Part shown: positions 1 through 12,047 of the stretch, one piece after another
How the letters are laid out: every line of letters begins with the position of its first letter
Numbering within the stretch: the stretch's first letter is position 1
Translations under genes and position numbers: made by a program
Assembly (NCBI RefSeq): GCF_963921235.1
Contig: NC_086109.1
Span: forward strand, 34,164,001-34,228,000
Direction: 5' to 3'
DNA length: 64,000 nucleotides
Source of the DNA: Mobula hypostoma
Taxonomy: Eukaryota
The notes under the pieces: generated by a model
Databases searched by the model: none
What the model was told of the DNA's origin: nothing
Seen by the model: the letters and a program-made list of their open reading frames with translations, nothing else

Positions 1-180
1 TTATTTCTCAGCTATATTCTAAGATGAATTTATTCCACTTGTTTTGGTTGTTTTGACCTTGCTCGTAACATTATATAGAGTCTTTCGAGACTAAGAAAGA
101 AAGTTACAAGATATAAAGTGATTTGTAAAATTCATTTCAATATGTCAGTCATTACAGAGGAAATGTTACTTTTTGAAAAG

Positions 181-320
181 GCTTTGTTGAAATGGAAATA
201 AAGAAAATGCTTGATGTTCACCATGATGTTCGGTTGTGGAAGAAAGGTTTGAATGACGAGGCCAGTCTGCTGCAAAGATCAGATTCAACGTTGAAAGATG
301 CTGGAATCATTCACGAACAG
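181..320 (+). CDS. GGNBP1: Internal coding exon of a GGNBP1-like gene (C-terminal ubiquitin-like domain related to the USP4/11/15 UBL)
   Basis: AG acceptor at 179-180 and GT donor at 321 (cag|gtataag). 140 nt, phase-1 start, open: (G)FVEMEIKKMLDVHHDVRLWKKGLNDEASLLQRSDSTLKDAGIIHEQ. Resembles the recalled GGNBP1 C-terminus (GFVExElKKlL...RLWK...LLxxxxxTLxxAGIxxxQ). Upstream exons lie outside the window. Confidence 0.7.
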
Positions 321-644
321 GTATAAGAACGGGATTGCCTGATTATGGATACTGTTAGCTCTTGTAAACATCTTGTAAAAAACGTATAGAGATAAATTTC
401 GTGATGTAGTAGCATCATCGCAGCACCAATTGCAATCTCTCATTATAAATCCGTGATGCTTCCTGAGAATCTAATAGATAAAAGATATATTGGAGATAAA
501 GTATTGTTTTCCACTGGTACTAATCTGAGTTGACAAAGTTAATTGGAAGACGATCACAGGGGGATGTACAAGGAAGATGCAACATAATGTTTGTAAACCT
601 TTTTGTGTTGTTTCACTGTGATTTAGATCAACGATTTGGTTTTG

Positions 645-3325
645 TACTGTATTCAGGGATTCATTTTCGAACGTGGATGAGTATGCTGCAGTAGTTAATG
701 ACTTCATTAAAACCTGTGTGGAAGAGTGTGTGCCTACGAAAACTTGCTGTACATTCCCAAACTAAAAGCTACGGATGAACCAGGAGTTTCGTAGTCTGCT
801 AGGCCTGTGGCATTTAAGTCTGGCGACCCAGGTCTGTACAAGAGCACCAGGTATGACTTGCGGAGGGCTATTTCAGGAGCGAAGAAACAATTCCAAGGTT
901 GGAGGCGACATTGGATATGCATCAACTCAGGCAGGGTTTGCAGGACATTACTTCCTACAAAGTGAAACGCAATCACATGAATGGCAGCAATGTTTCACTA
1001 CCAGATGAGCTCAATGCCTTCTATGCCCGCTTTGAAAGGGAGAATATAACTACAGCTGTGAAGATCCCTGCTGAACCCAGTGACTGTAGATCTTTGTCTC
1101 GGAGGCTGATGTCAGGCTGTCTTTCAGGAGGGTGAACCCTTGCAAGGTGGTAGGCCCCAGTGGAGCACTTGGTAAGGCTTTGAAAACATGTTCCAACCAA
1201 ATGGCAGGAGTACTCAAGGACATTTTCAACCTCTCACTGCTATGGTCGAAAGTTCCCACCTGCTTCAAAAGGGCAACAATTATACCAGTCCCCAAGAAGA
1301 GAAGTATGAGGTGCCTTAATGACTATTGTCTAGTAGCACTCACATCTGCAGTGATGAAAAGCTTTGAGAGGCTGGTCATGGCTAGAATCAACTCCTGCTT
1401 TAGAAAGGAACTGGACCCACTGCAATTTGCCTATTGCCACAATAGGTCTACAGCAGATGCAATCTCATTGGCTCTTCACATGGCTCTTAATCACCTGCAA
1501 ACACCTATGTCAGGATGCTGTTCATTGACTATAGCTCACTGTTTGACACCATCATTCCCACAGTCCTGATTGATAGGCTACAGAACCTGGGCCTCTGTAC
1601 CTCTCTCTGCAATTGGATTCTTGACTTCCTAACTGGAAGACTATAATCTGTGCGGATTGGTGATAATATCCCCTTTTCACTGACGGAGCAACACTGGTGC
1701 ACCTCAGGGTTGTGTGCTTAGCCCACTGCTCAACTTTCTATACCCATGACTGTGTGGCTGAGTATAGCTCAAATGCCATCCATAAATTTGCTGATGATAT
1801 AACCATTTTTTTCAGAACCTCAGATGGAGACGAAAGGGCATACAGGAGCGAGATATACCAATTAGTTGAGTGGTGTCACAGCAACAACCTGGCACTCAGT
1901 GTCAGTAAGACCAAAGAGATGATTGAGGACTTCAGGAAGAGTAACACGAAGGAACATGAGCCAATCCTCAGAGAGGGATCAGAAATGAAGAGAGTGAGCA
2001 GCTTCAAGTTCCTGGGTGTCAAGATCTCTGAGGATCTAACCTGGTCCCAACATATCGATGCAGATACAAAGAAGGCAAGACAGCGGCTATACTTCATTAG
2101 GAGCTTAAAGAGATTTGATTTGTCCCCTAAAACCCCCAAAAACTTCTACAGATGTACCATGGAGAGCATTCTGACAGACTGCATTACTGTCTGATATGGG
2201 GGGGGGGGGGCGGGGAGGGTACTACACAGAGTAGAAAGAAGCTACAGAAAGTTGCAAAATTAGTAAATTACAAATTATAAATAGAAGAGAAGATGGCGGC
2301 GTGACGCAGCGCGCGTGGCCACTCTGGAATGAATACCTGTAATCTGTCAAGTAGGATGCCGTGCACAATCCTGATTTGATGGAAACGGACGTGAGAAGCA
2401 CAGAGGAACATCCGGTGATACTTCTGAAATGCCTGTTTTGCTGCCGCTGCTACTGTGCGATTCAGAATCTCCAGAGGGGAACGCCCCGAATCCTCGGCTT
2501 TGCCTGTTGCTTGGCGGCCAGGGCCCGTTTAGAAGCACTCGGCAGAGATGGTGCTCGGTGTCAGAGGGCTGGTCGGAGGCTCGAAGTTTTCGGACGGACT
2601 TAGAGTCGGCTGTGGTTGGGTGCTTCCAGGGTGCTGCATCGGCAAGTTTGCGGCGCTGGAGGTTCATGGCAGGCAGAGTTTCTTCCTTCTACCGTCTGCA
2701 TGAAATGTTGGGGCTATCGGGACTTTGAGACTTTTTTTTACCGTGCCCATGGTCTGCTCTTTATCAAATTATGGTACTGATTTGCACTGTTGTAACTATA
2801 TGTTATAATTATGTGGTTTTTGTCAGTTTTAGTCTTGGTCTGTCTTGTGTTTCTGTGATATCATACTGGAGGAACATTGTATCATTTCTTAATGCATGCA
2901 TTACTAAATGACAATAAATGAGGACTGAGTGTGCTCATAATCTAATCTAATCTAAAATTAGTCAACTCCATCTTGGGTACTAGCCTCCATAGTATCTAAG
3001 GCAACTTCAAGGAATGAATCCTCATAAAGGCAGTGTCCATTATTAAGGACCCCCATCACTCAGAACATGCCCTTTTTCTCATTGGGGAGGTACAGAAGCC
3101 TGAAGGCACACACTCAGCGATTCTGGAACAGCGTCTTCCCCTCTGCCATCCATTTCCTAAATGGACATTCTATAATTGAACTATTTAATATACATATATA
3201 TATATTTACTGTAATTGATTTACTTTTTTTTTCTATATTATCATCCATTGCACTGTACTGCTGCTGCTAATTTAATGAATTTCATGACATAAGCTGATGA
3301 TATTAAACCTGACTCTGATTCTGAT
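645..3325 (+). mobile_element. Rex1/Babar LINE, 5'-truncated and degraded, interrupted at 2265-2953
   Basis: ORF pieces LNDYCLVALTS..MKSFERLV..LDPLQFAY, HKFADD, FKFLGV, KKARQRLYF; frameshifts; (CTGATT)n-type tail near 3310-3325. Confidence 0.9.
2265..2953 (+). mobile_element. Non-autonomous retroelement (GAAGATGGCGGC head, (AATCT)n tail), copy 1
   Basis: 9-bp TSD AAAATTAGT (2256-2264 / 2954-2962). Homologous to 51131-51772 (-) and 63692-64000 (+). No coherent ORF. Confidence 0.8.
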
Positions 3326-3989
3326 TTGTTTGTATTCACCATTTGTGATGGTCAGCAGAAGGAAAATTGTTGTAGAATCAGTCATTTTCTGTACTTTTGT
3401 CCACCCATTAGATGAGGACCTCATTAGTAAGAACAACATTTATTAGTTATTCCTTCTTTAGATGCTTAGAGCAGCTTTCTAGGACATTCTTAATGATGAG
3501 GATCTCTCCACTATTTTGTTAGACACGAAAATCTAGGAATTTGCTCCTAGAAATGAAGAATCACTTGGATACTTCCTAGTATTTCTCCACTTTTCACCAG
3601 ATACTGTGTGGTTTGGAAGCAACGGCACAGCTGGAGGCATACCATGAATTTAGTGACTTTGAGCTTACAGCTAGCCGTGGTTATAATGATGGAAGTATTT
3701 ACTGAAAAAGTATTGGCAAGTTTTGTAGATTGTACACGCTGTAGCTACCGTATGCTGTGGAGGAGGAATCATACACCTGATAGGCTCAGCAGAAGGTGGG
3801 AAGGTTGAGGTACAAGAGGTGATTCACTTTCTGATGCATGTTTTTTTGGCTATGTGGTTGGGCCATTTAAACCTTGCAGTTCTCTGCTAGCTGCAGGATG
3901 CTGATGGAGGCGAGAGGTCTGAGGAGTTGATAGTGAACATTAAAGCAGGTCATTAGATTATCTCATAAGAAATAGAAAGCAGACAATCA

Positions 3990-4178
3990 TAAACATGAGA
4001 CAGTCTGTAAATGCTGGAGCACCCACAAAATGCTGATGGAATTCAACAGGTCTGGCTGCATCCATGGAAAAGAATAATCAGTTGACATTTTGGGCCAAGA
4101 TCCTTCATCGACTGTTAATTCTTTTCCATAGATGTTGTCTGACCTGCTGTGTCCCTCCAGCGTTTTGTGTGTGTTGCA
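3990..4178. repeat. Fold-back (inverted) pair of Penelope-like element ends
   Basis: cacaaaatgctg..caggtc..gcatc.atggaaaag arm and its reverse complement, around a degenerate hammerhead core. Confidence 0.65.
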
Positions 4179-4383
4179 ATAGAAAGTAGAAGTATAAGTT
4201 AGCCATAGGTTTACTTGAGCTTATTCTATTGTACAGTTAGATTATAGTTGATCACGTACATTATGTTCTATAGCTGCCCATCCTCTGCTTTTATTAAGTG
4301 TCAAAAATCTAGCAATGTCATCCTTACACGCGCTCAATGATTGTATCCACTTTTCTCCACGTTGCCATAATCAACATGACATT

Positions 4384-4569
4384 TATATGCATACCAGTCC
4401 TCTATAGTTCCAGTGATTGTCACCTAGTAGAACCATCCTCTCAACATCTACCACCGCAGCCTTTCTCAGAATAAAATGTAATATTCTGAAAGGCTGAGGT
4501 GGTAGTTGTTGAGAGGATGGTTCCACTCGATGAGAATCACTGGAACTATAGAGAACTGGTATGCATATA
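4384..4569. repeat. About 185-bp inverted repeat (hairpin) preceding a CR1 3' end (to about 4696)
   Basis: Arms 4384-4473 and 4482-4569 are largely reverse-complementary; 8-nt loop aaatgtaa. Confidence 0.85.
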
Positions 4570-5102
4570 TGGACAGGAAAGGAATGGAGGGTTATGGGCT
4601 GAGTGCAGGTCAGTGGGACTAGGTGAGAGTAAGAGTTCAGCACGGACTAGAAGGGCCGAGATGGCCTGTTTCCATGCTGTAATTGTTATATGGTTAAAAA
4701 GATGATCTCTCAATATTTTTAAAGCCCAAATGAATGTATCCCCAGCATGTTCAATCTCACTTCTAAGGAAACTTCTTATTCTGGAATCAATACCTCTTTC
4801 TATGTTCCTTCATCTAATAATTGATATTAGCATCTCTGAATTTGCAAACATTAGGTATTCAAGAGGAACACATGCATTATTTGTGGTATAAATGTGCCAC
4901 AACAATCAGGACAGCATACACATTCTTGAATTGAAGCTGAATGATAAATGTTTTTGTGAAGTAATATCTGCCTAGATGTTCTAGAATCTTCCAGTTGTTG
5001 GTTTTCTTCTGAAAATTGCTGATATCTCCAGAGACCCAAAAGCTCCAGTTAGTGATTTGAGATTAGGTGTGTATGCAGAACTGGCCAGTGTTGCAAACAC
5101 AG

Positions 5103-5454
5103 TTTGTTTGCAGATTCAGGGATGTTTTTGCAGATTCAGGGGTGTTTTTGTAGATTCAGGGATGTGTTTGCAGATTCAGGGATGTGTTTGCAGATTCAGG
5201 GATGTGTTTGTAGATTCAGGGATGTGATTGTGGATTCAGGGATGTGTTTGTAGATTCAGGGATGTGATTGTAGATTCGGGGATGTGATTGTGGGTTCAGG
5301 GATGTGTTTGCAGATTCAGGGATGTGTTTGCAGATTCAGGGATGTGTTTGTAGATTCAGGGATGTGATTGTGGATTCAGGGATGTGTTTGTAGATTCAGG
5401 GATGTGATTGTAGATTCGGGGATGTGATTGTGGGTTCAGGGATGTGTTTGCAGA
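5103..5454. repeat. 20-bp minisatellite (YAGATTCAGGGATGTGWTTG), about 17 units
   Basis: Directly visible head-to-tail repeats with no unique spacers. Confidence 0.95.
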
Positions 5455-6104
5455 GTGCCTCCTTCTGATCATCACAGCATCTATTTGACAACAATTGATT
5501 AATCTATATTCTAAACCATACTGAAACAATACAAAATAAAGCCCTTGCAAACAGCCTGACAGAGCATCCTCTTAGTGATCATCCTTTATTTGACTCCAAC
5601 TCTCTCCGGTTAATAAAAGTGGAAATTCACTCTTTATTTCAAATAGATCTTTTATTAATTAGCAAGCACAGCTTGTCTGCAGATGTGGGGAATTTAGAAG
5701 TTGTGTAATTGGGGGTGGGGACATGGAATTGATCAAGGGCAGTTTTTTTTAGGGAATTTGGAAAACAGGTATTTCTGAGGAGGCTGAGAGAAAGGTGTTT
5801 TCAATCGGGAGGAAGATTGTAGCAGATTAATGTTGCCAGGGGCAGGGAAAGAGGGATGTGGTCTATGCAGCTTAGTAAAAGCTGTTAGGATGTTGGGAAC
5901 CAGGCAAATGTCGTAGTTAGGCACAGAATGATAATGAGCCCCAGGAGTGTTCAATATAGTGTCAGTTTCTTGCAATGCTCCAAAAGTAGTGTTGTATGAG
6001 GAATGATGTCATCACATTCACCAATAATACAGAAGCCATTCCCTGTGCAAGTTCCATTATTTTACAGAATAATCCAGAAAGGTCCAATACCACCTTCCGT
6101 TATT

Positions 6105-6400
6105 CAGAATACATGATGGTAATAGATCTGCTGCCTCACAGTGTGAGAGACATGTATTCAATTTTAACCTTGGGTGTTGTCTGCAGTTGCACATCCTCCC
6201 TGTGACCTGGCATGTTTCCTCTGGGTATTCCAGTTTTCTCCCTCCTTCCACAGACGTATAGGTTGGTTGGTTAATTGGTCACTGCAAACTTACCCCTAGT
6301 GTTTAGGTGAGTGGTAGACACTAGGTTGTGGGAGATGGAGTTGATGAGAATGCAGAAGGAAGTAAAAAGTGGGAGGAACGTATGATTGGCGTAAATGGGT
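6105..6400 (+). mobile_element. V-SINE/HE1-like tRNA-derived SINE (degraded). Related copies at about 29620-29895(+), 31820-32020(-), 38740-39005(+), 50750-51062(+), 58800-59135(-)
   Basis: Degenerate V-domain core gtttcctc.gggt.ctcc.gtttcctccca in each copy. Confidence 0.7.
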
Positions 6401-7045
6401 GACTGCCTCTGCTTTCCTTTCAGTGAGATGTGATATCCAGGCAGTTTAATGTTTCCCTTTCATTTTCAACGACTTCAATTTGACAAAGATACTTTACTTA
6501 TGTACTTGGTCCATACGTTGCTTCTACAGGCAGTCGGTTTCAGCTCTAAAGTGATTTTTTTTTTCTGTCCATTGTGGGCTAGTGCTTTAATGATGCCTGG
6601 TTCTAATTTTTTTTTTGTGTAATCTCAGCCGAGTTCTGGAAGCAGGTTAATGTGTCACTGGACAGCACATTTACCGTTACCATTACCTGTACCATTTCTT
6701 TGACACCAACACTAACAGGGTGGCAACTATTTGGACTGAATTTGTGATACTCTTTTTAGATAGGACACAGCTGGGCAGTTTGCACATTGGGCAATTTCTG
6801 TAGCTTGATGCCAATACGATATCCCTTCTGCTACAAAGTGGCTGGAGGTAGAATCAATTTCAGAGCAAAAGACTTCAGCACTATAATTATCTTTGACTGC
6901 CAGCCATTTCTTAATAATAAATGGAGTGACCCAAATTTATTGATGTTTGGCTTCTATTATGCTGGGACTTCCAGATTCATCTGGCCGATACACTAAAATT
7001 CCCTTTTTAAATCTTTCCCAATTTCTCTTAAGGTATTCTTTATAA

Positions 7046-7530
7046 GCTAAACACAAAATAATCTGCAGATCCTGGGGTCAAAGCAATACTCACAACACGC
7101 TGGAGGAACTCAGCAGGTCGGGCAGCATCCGTGGAAAAGATCGGTTGACGTTTCGGGCTGGAACCCTTCGTCAGGACTGTAGGGGGAAGGGGCAGAGGCC
7201 CTATAAAGAAGGTGGGGGGAGGGCGGGAAGAGAAGGCTGGTAGGTTCCAGGTGTAAAACCAGTAAGGGGAAAGATAAAGGGGTGGGGGAAGGGAGGCAAG
7301 GGAGGTGGTAGGCAGGAAAGGTGAAGAAAGAACAGGGGAAAACACAATGGGTAGTAGAAGGAGGCGGAACCATGATGGAGGTGGTAGGCAGCTGGGGGAG
7401 AGGGCAGAGTGACATAGGGATAGGGGAAGGGAGGGGGAGGGAATTACCGGAAGTTGGAGAATTCTATGTTCATACCAAGGGGCTGGAGACTACCTATACG
7501 GTATATGAGGTGATGTTTCTCCAACCTGAG
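7046..7530 (-). mobile_element. Penelope-like element 3' end with hammerhead core
   Basis: Minus strand has the end of the GIY-YIG region, a pyrimidine-rich UTR and gtcCTGACGAagggttccagcccGAAACGTC (about 7143-7178). Confidence 0.8.
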
Positions 7531-8064
7531 GACTACCTAGAGCTATGTCTTTGACCAAGGTCTCCCAATATCAGCTTCTGTAAATCAATGAAGCTGTGAA
7601 ATGTCTTGGGACATTTTGCTATAGTAAAGGCACAAGATAAAAGCAAATTATTGATAATTGAGGTCAGGCAGCAGTGTTAGAATTACCTTATAATTTAACA
7701 ATGTTGAATAGAAGAAATTGAAGAATGTAAGGTTGTATGGCATGGAAACAACACCCAAATGGAGTCTGGGATCATTGTGACCATAGCTATCTTAATTATC
7801 CCTGAAGATGAAAAAAAACTCTTAAGCAATTAGATTCACTTTATAACACAATTAACACATGTCAAACTGCAAATTTAATGACCAGTGATAAAAACAATCT
7901 AGGTACTCTGAATTATATTTATCAAATATTATTAATAACTGAGTTATTGAGTAGTGATTTGAATCAAATTACCTTCAATAAGTGTATATTTTCAGTTAAC
8001 AGTTAGAATAATTGAAAATAATATAAAGATACATACTCTATAATGTTATTTTCCTCTTCTTCAG

Positions 8065-8115
8065 GTTCTGTTTCTTGAGGAAAAAGGTGTACATGGAAGC
8101 AAATCTTGGCATTAG
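8065..8115 (+). CDS. GGNBP1: Terminal coding exon of the GGNBP1-like gene
   Basis: Strong polypyrimidine acceptor (ttttcctcttcttcag|G). Phase 0 matches the donor at 320. Encodes VLFLEEKGVHGSKSWH*, completing the UBL (cf. xLLLEExxxxGxW in GGNBP1 and VLVIEQKNEDGTW in USP15). Confidence 0.7.
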   Translation, partial: VLFLEEKGVHGSKSWH

Positions 8116-8293
8116 AAATGAGAAATATCAGAGAGATTATTCCCAGAGTAGAAGAAGAGAGAGTGAACTGGAGAAATATCATTTTAATTTAAAAAAGACT
8201 GCAATTCATGTTTCACTTTAAGTAGCCCAATGGGAATGGAATGAGTTTGTGTAAAATGCCTATTTTATATCCTCTTCACCTTTACCAATGAAT

Positions 8294-8299
8294 AATAAA
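8294..8299 (+). promoter_or_regulatory. Candidate polyadenylation signal for the GGNBP1-like gene
   Basis: AATAAA about 180 nt after the stop; other AATAAA sites occur further downstream. Confidence 0.35.
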
Positions 8300-9729
8300 A
8301 TCAGATGGGATGTAAAATGGATGTCCAATTCAAAAACCTACCTATTTTCTCCACATCATGATGAAATTCAGAGTTCACATCTCTGATGGTTTTTAATTCA
8401 GTCAATTTATTTTAACTTTGCCCATTTTCTCAGGGCTCAGTGTTGTCTTGTTATCATTCTGCTTCAAAATAATCTTTTTTAAAATCTTCAAATAACATAA
8501 AATGATCTTCACATTCAAACATAAGAAGGAACTTCCTTTAAAGAATGCTTTGGTTTATGGAAAAGTGATATTGTGAAGAATATCTAGATTTCAATTGCCA
8601 CTTCTGTCAAAATTGATTGTTCAAGAGGTTGATAATATCTTACTGCATATTGGAAAGCAACAGGGCTTGTAAGCAGATTCATGGTTTGAATATGATACTG
8701 ATGCCCTTCTGTGGACTGTAGAAGTAATTGCAGTTGTGGACTTAACAGGTTTTGATACTTACGGAATCCAATGATAGGACATGCCAAGCAAATGAGGCTT
8801 ACTATTATTTTTCGTCAAGTCCATATTTAGAAGTGCTTTGGGTTAGAGTTCTGTGGCACTCCACAAATGAATTAGGAAAAACTGAAGCTAACGTTTTCAG
8901 TTGGAATTGTCTATGACTTGTAGCCTGGACCTTCTTGGCGTACTTTCTAGAAATTCTTAACAATTAACCCTTTAATTATGCACTACATGCAGATATGTTG
9001 CTCATTTGAGAGTGTCTATAGGTTGTATATGACTGAAGTATCTGTGGTTTGGTCTGACTCTGAAGGGGATAGACAGGAACCATAAGAAAACAAGAGACTC
9101 TTGAAACTTCTAGTCTTTAATTAGCTTTATCCTTGAAAATCCAAGAACACTGCAATTTGAATAAAACACTGCATCTATGTATAAAAGTGTTTCTCTGTCT
9201 ATAGATGAAAGTAAGTAAATTAAAGTAATAATTCATGAGTTTTCATGGCTCGGCATATAAAGATTGACAGCTGCTTTGGATACAAAGCTGTAACTCAGTA
9301 GAAGCACCTCCAAAGCCACCTCAGTTCTCCATGAGTTGGATCGACTTTGGCAAGATCCCAAAATAGAACAGCAGCCTTTAATTTGAAGTGAATGTTAATG
9401 ACAGCTGGTAGCTGAGTTATGATGCCACTTAAGAAAGGGTATGATTGATGGTTATGCCAAATGTGAAGCTCAGTAATACTGCAGGGTTTACAGAAGAGTA
9501 TTGAAGGTTGTTTGCAGTTATTTAATACACAGTATTTAGTTTGGTAGCAATCCATGTGGGATCCATGGTTTATTTGAACCTCTGAAGACTGTTAGAACAT
9601 CACAAGCATGTTTTTATTATTTTGCCTCCTTAATATGATCCTTTATATTGAATATCAGTCCCTTGTTAAAAGGCTCTGCAAATGACAAGTTTCCAGATAT
9701 TTCCCTCTGTCTGCTATGACACTGAGAAT

Positions 9730-10330
9730 GATACTCTTTGGAGAGGAGGAGGATGAGAGGAGACATGATAGAGGTGTACCAGGTAATAAGAGGAATAGAT
9801 AGAGTGGATAGCCAGCACCTCTTCCCCAGGGCACCACTGCTCAATACAAGAGGACATGGCTTTAAGGTAAGGGGTGGGAAGTTCAAGGGGGATATGAGAG
9901 GAAGGTTTTTTACTCAGAGAGTGGTTGGTGCGTGGGATGCACTGCCTGAGTCAGTGTTGGAGGCAGATACACTAGTGAAGTTTAAGAGACTACTAGACAG
10001 GTATATGGAGGAATTTAAGGTGGGGGCTTATATAGAAAACATAGAAAATAGGTGCAGGAGTAGGCCATTCGGCCCTTCAAGCCTGCACCGCCATTCAGTA
10101 TGATCATGGCTGATCATCCAACTCAGAACCCTGTACCAGCCTTTCCTCCATACCCCCTGATCCCTTTAGCCACAAGGGCCATATCTAACTCCCTCTTAAA
10201 TATAGCCAATGAACTGGCCTCAACTGTTTCCTGTGGCACAGATATGGGAGGCAGGGTTTGAGGGTCGGCACAACATTGTGGGCCAAAGGGCCTGTACTGT
10301 GCTGTACTATTCTATGTTCTATGTTCTATA
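9730..10330 (+). mobile_element. CR1 LINE 3' fragment, with a nested antisense CR1 tail at about 10032-10238
   Basis: LERRRMRGDMIEVY..TRGH..FFTQRVV..W motif and ttctatg tail. Near-identical to 57315-57693; the nested piece matches 62326-62540. Confidence 0.9.
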
Positions 10331-11092
10331 ATGAAAGTGCATCTTTACATTGTAAGGAAACTGTGTTCTGCCAGTCAATAGAGAAACTCTGGTGCAATGT
10401 ATAATCTATAGATGGATCTTTTGTATATTCGGAAGGGAACAGGATGATTTAGTTATATCGTCAAATGCAACGTCCTTCAAACAGAACTTCAGTCTATTGA
10501 AGTGTACTGTATATTCCACGTGCTTGCAATATGTTTACAGAATTCGTTTTAAATTATTGTGTTAATAATGTTCTAATTGCTCTTTGCACAGTCATTCATT
10601 TTATAAAATGCCTTCGTGGATTGTTTTAGCACTTAGTAAGTTCACTAGTATCTGGCAGAAATTAGAATTGCACATTGCAGAGAGCGCCCTCTTGCTTCAT
10701 CATACTTTGCAGGACCACTGACTTAATTACAGTTGAATACAAACCCAACCCAACTAAATTGTTACGAACACAGTTTTTGAAATTGCTATTATATGTTTTG
10801 TTTATTGATTCTGCGCACATACATTTGTTAGTCTCCAGAAGTTACATCACTCAATTACATTCATTTGCTACAGACTGAAAGAAAATAACTAAATGCAAAA
10901 ATACTGCTGTACATCTGAGCTTCCAAGCATTGCCAGGGAATAGTTGTCAACACAATCTGACTTTTCTTTTGTGGTATTAATGTATTTAAAAGTAGTCTAA
11001 AGTTCATTGATTTCTCTCTTAAAACTGTGGCTCTGAACCCCAAAATGTTTGGAAAATTGCTGTTTCTGAAATAAATATGATTTTTTTTTGTT

Positions 11093-11225
11093 GCAACACA
11101 CATCAAAGTTGCTGGTGAACGCAGCAGGCCAGGCAGCATCTCTAGGAAGAGGTACAGTCGACATTTCGGGCCGAGACCCTTCGTCAGGACTAACTGAAGA
11201 AAGAACTAGTAAGAGGTTTGAAAGT
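11093..11225 (-). mobile_element. Penelope-like element terminal fragment with hammerhead core
   Basis: Minus strand: ttagtcCTGACGAagggtctcggcccGAAAtGTCgactg. Confidence 0.75.
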
Positions 11226-11511
11226 ATTTTTATTTTTGTTGATTGCATTTCATTGAATCTTTATGTGTTACTGTAGTTCGAAAACATAATCCTTAGGTCC
11301 AAAATTGACTCATAACAGCATGTAACTGTAGGTGTATGAAAATACAAGCATTGGATCCCAAAGTGCCTATTTATATGTTCAAATTGCACAAGAAGACAAT
11401 TTAGCCTGGAAATAAATTCTACCTATGATCATTTCTGATTGAATTCATGCTGACTGAGCAACTGATCTGGCTACTTCCATTTACAATTCCAAGAGATAAC
11501 CACTCACTAAC

Positions 11512-11809
11512 GGTTAGTCTTGCGAGACCATGGATCTGCGCCTGGAAAGTCTTCACTCTCCAGGGCGCAGGCCTGGCAAGGTTGTATGGAAGACCAGCAG
11601 TTGCCCATGCTGCAAGTCTCCCCTCTCCACGACACTGATGTTGTCCAAGGGAAGGGCAAGGGCCAATACAGCTTGGCACCAGTGTCGTCGCAGAGCAATG
11701 TGTGGTTACGTGCCTTGCTCAAGGACACAACATGCTGCCTTGGCTTGGGCTCGAACTCGTGACCTTCAGGTCACTAGTCAAATGCCTTAACCACTTGGCC
11801 ACGTGCCCA
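11512..11809 (-). mobile_element. tRNA-derived SINE
   Basis: Minus-strand head gggcacgTGGCCAAGTGGttaagg (A box) ... GAGTTCGAGCC (B box), then gtgtccttgagcaaggcac. 11-bp TSD cactca(c/t)taac at 11501-11511 / 11810-11820. Confidence 0.85.
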
Positions 11810-12047
11810 CACTCATTAACCAGCTCACTGAACATCCACATCAACTTTCTCATGAAAACATGAAGTTTAATCTGTGTTCTCTATGGCAGTGGTTCGGATG
11901 GGTCACAGGATGATAAGATTTAGATTACTGTTGTGACACCTTTAACTAAACACTTCCCTGCAGATTGAAGAACTTGTGAAGTCATGTGCATGAGCTATTT
12001 TACCAAACGGACATTCCTGAAAAAATGTGAAAGTTATTGCTTTAGAG

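Noticed and set aside
5103..5454. CRISPR-like array
   Set aside because: Head-to-tail 20-mers with no unique spacers and no cas genes, in a eukaryotic context.
11735..11809. tRNA gene
   Set aside because: A/B boxes continue into a SINE body flanked by a TSD; no convincing acceptor stem or terminator.
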